From Monocercomonoides exilis PA203 (Eukaryota; Protista; Preaxostyla), in NCBI GenBank assembly GCA_001643675.2, contig LSRY02000062.1, forward strand, positions 310,001 to 374,000: a DNA stretch of 64,000 bases, written 5' to 3'. Below the pieces are notes generated by a model. The model saw nothing but the letters and a program-made list of their open reading frames with translations. It had not been told where the DNA came from and made no database searches. The position numbers and the translations under genes are program-made. Below are positions 12,543 through 25,149 of the stretch, piece by piece; position 1 is the stretch's first letter; every line of letters starts with the position of its first letter.

Positions 12543-15500
12543 ATGAATTCTTTTCAACACTTGATCTGCTTACTTTTCTTGCTAGTGAGTAGTGATTATG
12601 ACGTTAACACTTGGAAGCAAATTGAAGGAACTGGAATTTACAGGAGAGATCACACTTTGACATATATCGACAAGGATCATATTTATCTTTTTGGTGGAAC
12701 TGATAACGAAGGAAAGCGAACAAATACACTTTTTAAATTGAATGGAGAAACCTTTGAAAGATTAGTCCCTGGAGGCGAAGCTCCAACGCCTCGTTCAAGA
12801 CACGAATGCTGCCGTGTGATGCTGGAAGATAATTCGATCGGAATGATGGTATACGGAGGCGTTGATGATGTTGGAAAGCCACTTGGCGATGCATATATTT
12901 TGAAAGAGAAAGGAGGAACATATACATGGGAGCAACACATGTATAATCTAGGTGCCAGATACTATCATTCAATGTGCGAAGATGTTGCAAATGAAATAGC
13001 CATCATGTTTGGAGGAGTCATTAATGTCAATGAAAATGAAGAATATTCGAGTTCCCTTTTCGTATTTGAAACAAGTTTGAATGATGCATTTTTCTTGGAT
13101 TTCACAATCATTTTATTAAATTTTATTTCCTGTTGATCACTACAGATACTCAATCATGGAAGGAATCTACACCAACTGATAAAAGTCTTTTGCCTCCAAG
13201 ATCGCAAAATGATTTGACATTCGACGAGTATTTTTCTGATTCTGTTTTGTTGGATCTGATCAAAATATTTAAATATTTTTTCAAAAATATTGTATAATAT
13301 AGGAAGCACACTACCACTGAATGGTGGTTTCATCTGTCTGGCGGTAGAAGCGAAAAGCCTGGTGATAACATAAATATTTGGAAACTTACGCTTGGTTTGT
13401 TTTATTTAACGAATAAATCCTTTCACCGGTGAGTATTTTAATATTAATTATCATGTTTTTAAATATTACGAAATGAATTGGTTACAACCTCATTTGATAA
13501 TTTAGAAAAAGATGGAGACAAATGGAAGCACACTTGGTCAATAGTGTCTTATGTTCCAAAAACTCTGCCTGCTGTATGATTATTATTGACTTTTAAAGAT
13601 ATTAAAAATTTTTTGTAAAAAAATGTGAAATTGTTTTTTCTTTATCTTTCTTTAGAGATATTCACATCATTGCCATCAAATTGGTCCATCGCTGTTCCTG
13701 TGGGGAGGAACTTCAGGAACTCCAACATTTTCTATTGTTAACACTGGTTTGTCAATTCACAAATGAGTTCATTGCTTGTTTTTAATATTGCTTTTATAAT
13801 TCTGTAAATTTTATTTTAATAAAAACTAATTTTTACACTCAGATGAGCAAACATGGTCAGAGCAAACTGCACAATCACTTACAATTCCACCTGTTCTGAT
13901 TTACTTCGCCTCCTGCTTTGACGACAACAATAACCGTGTGATAATTCAGGGGGGTATCGACATCAACTCTGGCACAGAGAATCCTGTGGATTCGTTGTGG
14001 ATATACCAGTGCGATGTGTGCTCCAGCCACCCTCATTGCAAGGAATGCTTTACCGACCACAGCGCCACTTGCGTTTGGTGCTCCAGCAAAGGCAGATGCA
14101 TTGCAGCAACTGAGGATAAAGTTCCGTTGTATGAAACTTGCTCTGTTGCTGTGACTGAGCAAGGGAAATGTCTTCAAGATTTTGTGTCGTGCCGCGAGCT
14201 TACCACCTGCGAACAGTGTGCAAATGCAGCGAGGTGCGGGTGGTGCCAGGAGATGTCTGGATATCCGGGGTATGTGTATGGCTGCTTTGAAGGAACAGCC
14301 ACAGCACCATTTTTGGGATCGTGCCGCGCGTGGGCAGGACAGGTTGCCACATGCAATGATGTGAAGACAGAACTGAATGTGTACAACCCAACTCCTTTCA
14401 TGGACATCACATACGGAACAAAGGAGTTTTTGGGGTGGTACACAAATGGGATTGCAACTGAGTCTGTTCACTATGTGATATACTTTGATTTGAATGGGGA
14501 AAATAAAACATTGTCAGCAAAAGCAGACAGCGATGGGCAGATTCTGCTTGAGACACCTTTTGGAACAGAAGGACTCGGCACAATTACATTCCGAGAGTGG
14601 AGTGAACAAGGACCAGGAAACGAGATTCTGTCATTTACTGTGAACGTGGTGAAGCCAAAGTCGAAGTTCTACTATCCAACTAAAGGCGAGAAGATCACTG
14701 AATCCCATTATGACATTTCATGGGATGTGAACTTTATGATGGAGTATGTGACGTTGAATCTTCTGAAGGGAGATACTGTCATTCAGACTTTGATGAGCTC
14801 GGGACAGAACTTCGGGTCATACCCATGGCTGATTGACGATCATGTCCTTGAATCTGGAAAGGACTACAGCCTTCAGCTGATCTGGAACTACGGCACAGAG
14901 ATCCAGCACAAGCCTGTTATTGCAACTTCGGAGAAATTTGAGCTTCAAATCCAGCCGACTACTTATACCATCACAGCTCCCAAGAAAGGCGATCCAATAA
15001 CTCCTGGTGAGTTCCTCACAATCAAATGGACTTCAAACAGAATGCCGTCGAAGTCAGTGCTGTATTTGATGCTGGGCAATGACAAAGAGAATGCTGAGGT
15101 CGTTCAGACGATCGCAGAAGATCTGGGTGTGGATGACACCGAAGCCAAGTGGATGGTGAATGTGGGGCGGGACAGCGATCACTACTTCTTCCGCATTGAG
15201 AACGGCCTCCACACAATTCACGGCGACAGCGAGTTCTTCCCTATTCGTGCATCGCGTGTGACAGTGTCGCTGACGAAGCTTGACAACCCGTCTTCTATCA
15301 ATTTCTTCTCAGGTGACTTGGTCGAAGCCAGCTGGAAGTATGTTGGAGGCAAGTCTCACTTCACCGTCTGGATGGAAGGCTTCACAGGAGACAACATCAA
15401 AGTGTCTGGCACCCTTTCTGAAGACACTCGCAACTTCAAGTTCAAACTGCCCGGAGAAATCCGCACGGGTGACTTGTACACAGTGCATGTGAGTGCGTAC

Positions 15501-15689
15501 GAGTTCTTCCACGGAATCAACGGCTCCAGCTCCCCGTTCCATGTGTTTGCGCCAGGTGCACTGCCTGTTGTGTCTACTGGTGGCATCGTCTTTACTGTTA
15601 TCGTCGGTGTTGCCACTGTTGCATTCGCTTTCCTGTTCTACTTCTGTTGGTATAAACGGAGCAGACTGGGAGGCTTCCAACAGATTTAG
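12543..15689 (+). CDS. Type I membrane protein: signal peptide, kelch beta-propeller, two PSI-like Cys-rich repeats, Ig-like beta-sandwich repeats, C-terminal TM (attractin/MEGF8-like architecture)
   Basis: Kelch repeats (IYLFGG, PTPRSRH, MVYGG, IMFGG, LWGG, IIQGG). PSI-like CSSHPHCKECF..CVWCSSKGRC and CRELTTCEQCANAARCGWC. Repeats ITAPKKGDPITPGEFLTIKWTS. TM IVFTVIVGVATVAFAFLFYFCW. Confidence 0.75.
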
Positions 15690-16400
15690 AGTTTCTATAT
15701 GCCACACACAATCTTTGCGAAATGTTTTTATAACAAAATTGATTTGCAAATATGCAAACTTCTTATCTTACAAATCAATCAAGGTGTTTTTTCATTTGAA
15801 CATCCATTGCCTCGTGTACTTTCTGTCTAATAAATTTTTAATTATCAATTTTTTTGCTATTTCTGCTGTTACGTCTGGAGATCGTTCTTTTTCATTCCGC
15901 TTTTCTATTTCTTTCTTCGAGTTGAGTTGAGTTTGCTGCAGAGAAGCTGAACAATTCAGCTTCTTTGCTCATTCTATCTGTCGAGTTTGAGTGCACTGCT
16001 GTATCTGAAGTCTAACATCTCATCTTTATTCTCTGCTTAACAATTCTTGAATCGCCCTGCTCTTCTTTCTTGCATTGCATCAAGTATGTATCAACAAAGC
16101 TTTTAATGTGACGAAAAATAAAAAGTACTCTTTTTTTTTCCTCCACAAAAAGAATGAACAACATGGCAATTGTTCTCTTCAAAAACAAGGGAAAATAAAA
16201 AGAAATAAATAAAATAAAAAAGCGGAAAAGACTCAACAAAAATAGCTCAACGATAAATGCGAAATTAAACGCAAAAATATAAAAAAACACAATGAATGCA
16301 TATTTTAAACAGATTCATTTTTATAGATGAAGGCTAATATCATACAAAAGGGGCAGTTATTTAATAGAATAATATATGACAGATAACGAAGGTAGTCACT

Positions 16401-19400
16401 TCACCATTGAGGTTGAGAAGACGAAGACTGTGAATTCTGTTGTGGTTGAGATTGCAACTGTGTTTGAGGCTGTGTTGGCTGCAGTGCTTGAGCAAAGGGA
16501 ATGAAAGGCGAAGAAGATGGCATAGACACAAAAGGTGAGGCAGCAGCAAAGAGAGGAGGGGACAGTGAGGATGAAGAAGACGTGGATGAAAAAGAAGAAG
16601 ATTGCAATTGGTTGAAGAAAGGAGAAGTGGCTGATGAAAGTTGAGGTTGAGGTTGTATCTGTGTTTGGGGTGAAGTGGAAGATGCTGAGAGTGAATAGGA
16701 AGGGAAGGCTGTCTGGTTGATGTGTGAGGCTGATGAAGTGGGCAGAGAGGGTGGCTGATGAGATGGAAATGGCTGCGAAAAAGCGGGTGGAGAAAACATC
16801 TGCTGCGAAGTTGCTGGCAGAGTTGGGGTGGATGTCGGATTGAGCTGCGAAGGAGAGGATTGGAATGAATAAGAAGGTGGAAATGAAGAAGAAGATGGAG
16901 ACGTTGATGAAGAAGTGGAAGTGGAAGAAGGCAAAGGTGTTTGTGTCTGCAATGGCTGTGCTGCTGGCTGGTTCTTCTGAGCCATCGACGGAGAGTTCTG
17001 TGATTGCCTTCTGAAGTTGCCTTCGTTTGTGTCCATTTCATCGTCGCTTTCTTCCAACTGGTCTAAAAACTCGCTCACGATCCGCTTTGCCAGCACGCGA
17101 ATGTTCTTCGACTTGACTTTGGGATGGGAAAGGGCGCGGATGAAGTTGGCAGCGTCTGTCATGTCGAGCTCAGCCAGCATTCGGTTGCCGCGGTACACTC
17201 GGAACGTCTCCTGGAACTCGGCAAAAGTGCGAGAGGGAAGCGAAGAAATAAAAGAAGAGGAAGAAGGGGCAGAAGGGATAGAAGGAGAAGAGGTGGGTGG
17301 GCTGAGAGAAGGAAATGGGGAAGGAGCAGATGTTGAGGTGGAAGAGGAGAAAGGGTTGGAAGAAGAGGCTGTTGAGAAAACATTTGTGGATTGTGCTGAC
17401 AAGTCAGAAGAAGGTGTCATGAATGAAGCTGACTGGGCTGGTTGCTTTTGCTGAGGAAGTGCAGAAGTTTGTGGAGCAGACGAGATGAGCGAGCGAGAAA
17501 GCTGCGAAAGGTCGTCTTCGAGGTCAGAGACAAACGGGATGGGGAAATACGGCACAGGAAGGATGCCTTCGTCGATGAGCCGCTGCTCCTCGCTGCCGAA
17601 CACGAGCAGCTTGTAGATGATCTTCAGCATGTTCTTCACGAACTCCTTGTCTCGCACAGGGAAGTAGTGGCAGAAGATGGTCATGACCTGTCTGTTGGCC
17701 ACCTCCTGCTTCAGCTGCGCTCGGCTGCCCAGCACGTTCGACACAATAATCGCAGCCTCCTTTCGCGTCAGGCCGTATTTGTTGAAGTCTTTCAGTGCTG
17801 CCACCGCCACATCCAGCCCTCCCGCAGCCACAAGCGCCGCGGTGTGCTCGTCTTCTCCGGCGGCGATGTTCGTCAGCGTCCACATCGCCTTGCGCGAAAC
17901 AGATGGAATCTCATTCTGGGCAAGGCGGATGATCGGAGGGAGGCCATTTAGTTGGATGATGCGCTGAAAATATTTGGCAAGTCAATTTTAAAAAAATAAA
18001 AACAGAATTAATAAATGATATAAATAAAATTTATGATTTATTTATGACATAATGTCAGTAACGGCATACGCTGATTGCGTCGCTTCCACTCCATGCCAGC
18101 TGCCCAATGATGGTCAATGCACTCATCACAGCATTCGACAACTTCTTCGAAAGCAGTCGTATCAAAGTGGGAAGACAGTTTGATTCAAAAATCATCTGAA
18201 TGGTTTGGAAAACACATCGATTTAGTGACATTTCAGATGAAAATATCAATTGGCACAATAACACAAATTCCATTAGCAGTATAACACAAAGATAGAATGA
18301 ATAAGAAAAATAATTTCAAAAAATAAAGCAAAAAATAAGCCAAATAAAAAACCATACAGGAAATGTGCGTATGTCGAGTGAAGCGACAGACTCGACGACG
18401 TTGAGGCTGTCATGGCGGAGATTCACATTGGAGCTGTTGATGAAGGAGCAGCAGATCGGAATGGCTCTGTGGAGATCTTTGTTGAATGAGTCGCTCTTCG
18501 CAATGCCCACAAGAATGAAGACTGCATTCTGAATAAGTCCCAGCGTCATCTGCATCTGTGTTGCTTTCCCTTCTTCCTGAATCATCCTCGTCTCTGTCAT
18601 CTTTGCCTTTCCAGTCAGACTCGTTTCGCCTGCCATTCCCATTTCGTAGTTGTCCATCGCATCTGAAAGCGAAGATGATGCTGCCGTCTCCCCAAATGCA
18701 GGAAAGTTTGCAGTCATGCGATGTGCTTGGTCCATTTCAATCAAAGGTTCGGTGGTTGATTGAGTCTGTGTCGACGGAACGGAGGAGGAAGAAGCTTTCA
18801 TTCCATCATCGTCGGACTTTTGCGAGAAAAGAATAGCTGAAGAGTCAACAAGCATGTCAACAACTTTCTTTGTTACGCCTGTTGAAGTTAAATATTTGGC
18901 TATTTCAGGACTGTCTCCAGCTAAATTTCCTAGCAGCCAGAATGCTGTTTCTTGTACTTTTAGAAAGGGAGAATCCATCAAGCGCAATACCGGATGATAA
19001 ATATCCGAAAATACTAATTTTTTTATGAGTTCATGCGATCCAGCGCAAACTGGGAATGAAAAGAATTTGGTATTTATTACATAAGTACGAATATATGCTC
19101 AATAAATACCCATATTAGTTAAGCACCAAAGAGATTCATATTGCATTTCAGGGCGATTATCGTTCAACAAAAATTTCACTAAATATGCTCTAAAATCGTG
19201 ATTATAAAGGGTTTCAATTTGATTGTGTTTTTCTACGAAGAGCAGATAAGTTGCAGAAAATAACATAATGCCAAACTAGATGACACAGATTTTCGAATTG
19301 CACGCATCGCTGAATACGATTCTTCTGGATCTTGAGAATCCAGTTTCTCCATCAGTTTTGGAATTGTGGCAGTCTTCAAAATTAAAGAGAACATATTGAA

Positions 19401-19656
19401 GTGAAGAAGCACTAATGATATATTTTTAATAAAATACCAAAGTTTTAATCATTTCCAATGTACTATCATCACTGGTAAGACGGCGATGCTTTTTTAGAAT
19501 AGATAATCTTCTATCATCTCTCATTTCAAAAGATTCATCTTTTCTTTGACAATGAAAATCTTCTTGATCCCGTTCGCTTCCGAATTCTCGAAAACGATTT
19601 GACGCCCTTGATTCTCTACTCCAGTAGATTGGACTGTCAGGATCAGTTTCAATCAT
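16401..19656 (-). CDS. Importin-alpha (karyopherin alpha)-like ARM-repeat protein with long low-complexity inserts and tail
   Basis: IBB-like basic N-terminus (EMRDDRRLSILKKHRR). ARM repeats MQYESLWCLTN, VQETAFWLLGNLAGDSPE, RKAMWTLTNIAAGEDEH, RKEAAIIVSN. GT-AG introns. Confidence 0.85.
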
Positions 19657-20181
19657 AAAAACATATTACTTGTGGGAGAGATCGATTTTCCAAAAATGAT
19701 GAATTCATGATTGACAAAAATATTATTAACAAGTTTGTTTGATAAAAAGCATTACCATCATTTCTGTTTACCTTCCATATTATAAATATATTCTATTCAT
19801 TTTCTGTAAATGAAAGGTGAAATAAAAATTTTTACTCCGTAAGCAAGCTTGCATCAATTTTTAACAATAAATGCAAACTTAATAATATTGCATATGAGCA
19901 ACAACAAGTAATAGCTGTAAAGATACATTAAAATGAGAGTTGGAGAAAAGAATATGAAAGAAACTGAATACAAAGAAATTTTCTATAATAATGAATCTGT
20001 GTGAAAAATACCACTAAAACAAAGTCGAAAATACAAATAACAAAAACAATAACTTTAAACGTAAAATAAACAAAAATTGACAATGCACAAAAGAAGATTC
20101 AAAGCAAAACATCTATAAGCTAAAAGGACTAAAAAAACTTAAAATAATAAATGTTTTTAATGAAGTATAAAAAGATAATTA

Positions 20182-21267
20182 TTAAACTATTACGCAGCCA
20201 CCCCCAACACTTGAATTTGCTTTTTTTGTGCCTCTCTTTATGGGCTTCCATTCAAGAACGTATTTTGCTTGCTTTGCATTCAAAGCACCTCTTCTTTTTT
20301 CTCTTATGGAAGCTATAGCCTGTGCATTATCTACTCCATATTGAATCATTGCAAGAGCCACGAGAAGAGGCGCCCTGCCAAGACCTGCCACGCAATGAAT
20401 TGTAATCACAGGCATATCGGAAACTGATGATGCTTGAGGAGATGGAGAAATAGAAGCAGGGTCAGTGGCTGGTGGAGTTGGTGAGGTTTGTGGATGAGGC
20501 AAAGGTGAAGGTGTACTTGACGGAGAAGGAGACGCAGATGAAATGTTTGTGGATGATGAAGTGATTGAAGTGGTAGAAGCCGAAGCAAAAGCAGATCCAT
20601 CTTGTTTAGATGAAGTGTCAGTAAAAATAATTTGTTGTGATTGAGAATGAGACATTTGATTTTGACTCAATGTCTTTTGAGACACTTTCACAGAAGAAAA
20701 GATATCTGGTCGTAATCCTTCCAACAAATCAAACCACTAAAATAGTAATCGATTTTGATTTAAAAAATAGGCTTAATTTCATAATTTAATGAACGCATAC
20801 ATCTGTTAAAATCCATTTTGGTGGAATTGATCCATCAGGAAAATACCAATCATAAACGCTAACTCCTGATTCTTTAAGCATGCCTATCTCATAAGTTGGT
20901 TCGCAAACTCTGATCAAATGATGGGAATGATACTTTTCCAGAGTACGTTTAAAATTTGGTAATGTTTCGGTTGTTGGACTGACAAATAACGAAAAAATAA
21001 GTTTTTACAAATATAATTGTTATTTATCGATAAATAATAATGCATCCTTACCAATCAGTTATAAAAAAGTTCCAGTAAGGTCCTTTTATTAAAGATCCTC
21101 CGACAGTTCCGCCGGCAGTCTGCAATTGTTAACAATAAACATTTTATTTACAAAAAATGAGCAAAAATGACAATTACAAATATGAATTTAATATACATAT
21201 TTTTAATGCAATAATTAAAAATGTATTTATTGCATACATATGAAAGAGGTTGCCGACGCACAGTCAT
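20182..21267 (-). CDS. PTP4A: PRL/PTP4A prenylated protein tyrosine phosphatase
   Basis: MTVRRQPLSY|TAGG...FLITDCPTTETLPNFKRTLEKY...IRVCEPTY...DWYFPDGSIPP...HCVAGLGRAPLLVALAMI...IREKRRGALNAKQ, polybasic stretch and CaaX box CVIV. Three introns. Confidence 0.92.
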
Positions 21268-21327
21268 TTATGAAAATGATCTTAAAAATGGGCATTCGGA
21301 TCAGTTTTAGTTATTGATTGTTAGAAC

Positions 21328-23268
21328 ATGTTTTTGTTGTTTTCTGCATTATTGGTATCACTAACTCACAGCTGCTCAGACTTGATTGTTGGAAAGACTG
21401 CATCAGCAACAGGTCATCCAATGTTTGCAATTAATTGAGTATTGATAATATGAATTCTGCATTTTCTTTTTATGACTTTTTGTATTTATTTACATATTAA
21501 TGGTCATGTGGGAAATGCACATATTTTGTAAATGAAAAAATTAATGAATAGGTTTTCGTACGCAGCAGATTCTCGCTCATTGGTTTGAGAAAATCTTTTT
21601 CATTGTTTTTCTTATCTTTTGCATCTAAATTTTTTAAAGTATGGAGATCTACATTTTTCTCCTGCTGCAAAGCATGATCCAACTGTAGATAAAAGAAAAA
21701 TATATGAATGGGTAAGAAATTCAATTTCAATTATTGTAATATTAATTTTTTTATAAACAATAATTTTCATTCAAAAGGACACGGGATTATACCTTGGAGA
21801 GATTGATGAAGTTGCTGAAACATATAATGTTGTTGGAAATATGAATGAATTTAGTCTTGCCATTGGAGAATCAACATGGGGAACTCAAAGAGGTGGTACT
21901 TTCTTTGAAAAAGACGAAGATAAACTTGGAAAGATTGATTATGGAAGCCTTATTTATGTTGCATTGGAAAGATCACGAAATTGCGCGGAAGCTATTGAAT
22001 GCATAACTCACTTAGCATCAACAATGGGATATGCATCCGAAGGTGAATCATTTTCCATTGCTGATCCAAATGAAGTTTGGATTTTAGAGCTTGTTGGAAA
22101 GGCAGATCTTGAAAGAGAACCAGACGATGATGAATTAGTTGCATGGGTTGCTATGAAAATTCCTGATGATTGCATTAGTGGGCATGCAAATCAAGCAAGA
22201 ATTAATAAAATCATTTTGAATGATGAGACACAGTGCAAATACGGAAAGCATACAATAAGTTTTGCGCGCAAGCATAATTGGTTTGATTCGCAAAATGACG
22301 AAGAATTTGACTTCGCCAAGGCTTATGGACCTGTTAACTTTTCCGGTGCGCGCCATTGCGATGCTCGTGTCTGGTCTTTCTTCAAGAAAATGCAGATACC
22401 AGGAATGGATGATTTTGCTGACTATGTTAAAGGGGACCATACCAAACAAAGAATGGAGCTGTATTACAAACTTCCTGAGGGTATGAAAGTATCCGTTGAG
22501 GATATCGAAGAAGCGATGGGAAATCACTTTGAAGGAACTATTCTTGATATGACTGAGACTTTTGATGTGGGAGGTGGGGCTTGGTCTTGCCCTTATCGTA
22601 TCCCGCCTCTTAGCTGGGAAGTTGAAGGAAAGACATATTGCAATGAACGTCCTATTGGAACTCAACAGACAGCTTGGTCCTTCATTGCAGAATGCCGCGA
22701 AGTTAACGAAAACAACCCGCTTGGTGGTTTGTTCTGGTTTGGTACAGACGATGCTGCTACATCTGTGCACATTCCTTTCTACACTTCAGTTAAAAAGCTT
22801 CCCCAGTGCCTTTTCGACAACTCAGTCGATTTGAATCATTTCTCGTATCACTCGATGTTCTGGGTGTCCAACTTGGTGGCGAATTTTGCTTACACCAACT
22901 ACAAAAAAATGAAGCCTGAAATAGACGAAAAGAGAAGAGATTATCATAACTATTTCCTGGAGGAAGTTAAAGCTGCCGATGAAGAAATTAGTCGCATTGC
23001 AAGAGACGAAAGCATAGATGCAGCCATTGACTACGCAAATGCTTTGAACAACGAATGGGCAGAAATGTTGTGTTCTGAATGGTACGGCTTGTGGATTGAT
23101 CAATTCATGAGATACAAAGATTTTGCGATGCTTACCCCAATTTCAGAAAAGAGGGATCCATTGGTTGAAGACATGCATTATCCAAAAACTTGGTTAGATC
23201 TAATCGCAAAGCACACAGGCACACATTATCTTCTTAACCAGCCAGCTAATGACAAAAAAAGCCAATAG
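21328..23268 (+). CDS. Peptidase family C69 dipeptidase (Ntn hydrolase), secreted
   Basis: Signal peptide MFLLFSALLVSLTHS, then N-terminal nucleophile Cys (CSDLIVGKTASATG), SYAADS, EWDTG.YLGEI..V.ETYNVVGNMNE..LAIGESTWG, GESFSIADPNEVWILE, ISGHANQARI, NERPIGTQQTAWS. Three short 5' introns. Confidence 0.88.
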
Positions 23269-23484
23269 AAAAATGAATTTTTTAATATTTATTTCTAAGA
23301 GAAATTTTTAACATTTTAGTATTTTATTCTTCATATTTCTTGATCTAAACTCTATCTTGTCAAATAAATTTTAAGAGTGATAAATTATCATATTACTTTC
23401 ATTTGATAAAAATATTGATAAACAAATTAAAAAGTTTTTTAAAAGAGAAATAGATAAAAATAATTAAATCTCTCAAAAAGAAAT

Positions 23485-23557
23485 TGCCCCAGGTCGGTTT
23501 CGATCCAACTACCTGCAGATCTTCAGTCTGACACTCTACCAATTGAGCTACTAGGGC
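23485..23557 (-). tRNA. tRNA-Phe(GAA)
   Basis: Reverse complement GCCCTAGTAGCTCAATTGGTAGAGTGTCAGACTGAAGATCTGCAGGTAGTTGGATCGAAACCGACCTGGGGCA folds into a 73 nt cloverleaf with anticodon GAA. A T5 pol III terminator follows at about 23475-23479. Confidence 0.93.
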
Positions 23558-23658
23558 TTATGCGTAGAGAAACAAAAACGATATGTCCATGTCATAACGT
23601 ATTGTGAATGCCAAATCATTTTTTATCACATTATTTCTACGTAATTAATTCATAACGG

Positions 23659-25057
23659 GGCAAAATGAAAGTATATTGGAACTCTCAATTTTGCACAAAA
23701 AAATAGTGAAAGTCATTTACGTTATATATTGATTCAATGTGCAAATTTTCAGCTATCGGAAAGTCTTTTTAAGAAGTTTAAAAAAACATGGAAAAGTCAA
23801 AAAAATTCTAATCTATGGTTTATGATCAAAAAAGTTTAATGGCAAGATCTGAAGAGGAAAAAAATAGTCAAACAGTATTTCTATTGTATACGATCTTCCA
23901 TGATAAAGAAGAAACGTGGAATTGGTTTTTCAAACGTTTTCAAGAGTTCGCTACCAAGGATTGCCCTAAATGCAGAAGCAAAAGGAGAATCAGGGAGGAA
24001 ACAGAAGGTTACAAATATCTTTGGTGTCAAACTTGCCGAAAAAAAACCTCAATATTTAAAAATTCCGTATTTTCCAAAATGGAACTACCAACGAATATAG
24101 TTTTGCAGATTCTATTGTTCTATTGGATTGGAATTGGATTAAAACAAATTCATTTGCTGACGGGTGTTTCATATCCAACTATTGGTGACTGGACAAGCGT
24201 TGTGAGAGTTGTGTGTACACAAATTTGGAACGAAACGATGCCGAAATTAGGAGAACCGGGAAAATACGTCGAAATAGATGAGGCTGTTTGGAGGAGAAGG
24301 AAATATGGAAGAGGAAGAAAGAAGGATTTGCTGTGGATTTTCGGAGGAGTTGAGAGGAAGGAAGGAGGAGGAGCTGGAACAAATTTTGTTATCATCGTGC
24401 CAGACAGGAAAAAAGAAACATTGATCCCTATTATTCAAGAAAGGATATTAGCAGGCGCAACAATTATTAGTGATGAATGGAAAAGCTATAATTGTCTGAA
24501 ACATATTGGTTATGAACATATAACGGTCTGTCATAAAAGGAACTTCAAAGATCCAGAAACCGGAGCATGTACCAATACAGTTGAAGGGTTGTGGAGTCAT
24601 TTAAGAGCGTTTTTTCCAAAGCATGGAGTAAGGAAAACATTCATTGCTGATTGTTTATCCATGTGGCTTGTTCAAAGGAATCTTAAACCAAGTTTTGCTG
24701 ATATTTTGCAAAAAATGATTCATTTTATTCCAGAAGAAAAACCCATTATTGCTGATGAAGAAATTGATTTTTCAGAAAATGAAGAAATTCCTGATGCTGA
24801 CGATATACTGCATGGGCCGCGTGATGATGAAAAAGAAGAAGATTCAAATAGCGTTGATGACGGAGAGGATGCTTCTAATTATTCTGATGAATAAGCAGAA
24901 ATTTTCATTTGATCAGCTTGAATAAAAAATTATTGAAAGTTTTTTTTAACGTTTTCCGACAACTTTTTTCACATTTCAATACTTTATAAACACAAAAGAA
25001 ATCAATAGAAACAAGAATAATTATAATTTGAAAGTTCCGATATTCTTTTGATTTGCC
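23659..25057 (+). mobile_element. Merlin/IS1595-type DNA transposon copy 1 with intact transposase ORF 23815-24894
   Basis: Zn ribbon CPKC/CQTC, VEIDEA, IISDEW, H..V.HK.NF.DP.TG.CTNTVEGLW. Imperfect TIRs GGCAAAATGAAAGTATATTGGAACT (23659) and rc GGCAAATCAAAAGAATATCGGAACT (ending 25057). No matching 8 bp TSD seen. Confidence 0.85.
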
Positions 25058-25149
25058 GATGGGAAAAGTATTGGAGAAAAAACAAACGTAATAAATAAAA
25101 GAATTTAAGAAAAGATATTAATTCCAATGAAAAAGATGTAAAGGACAAT

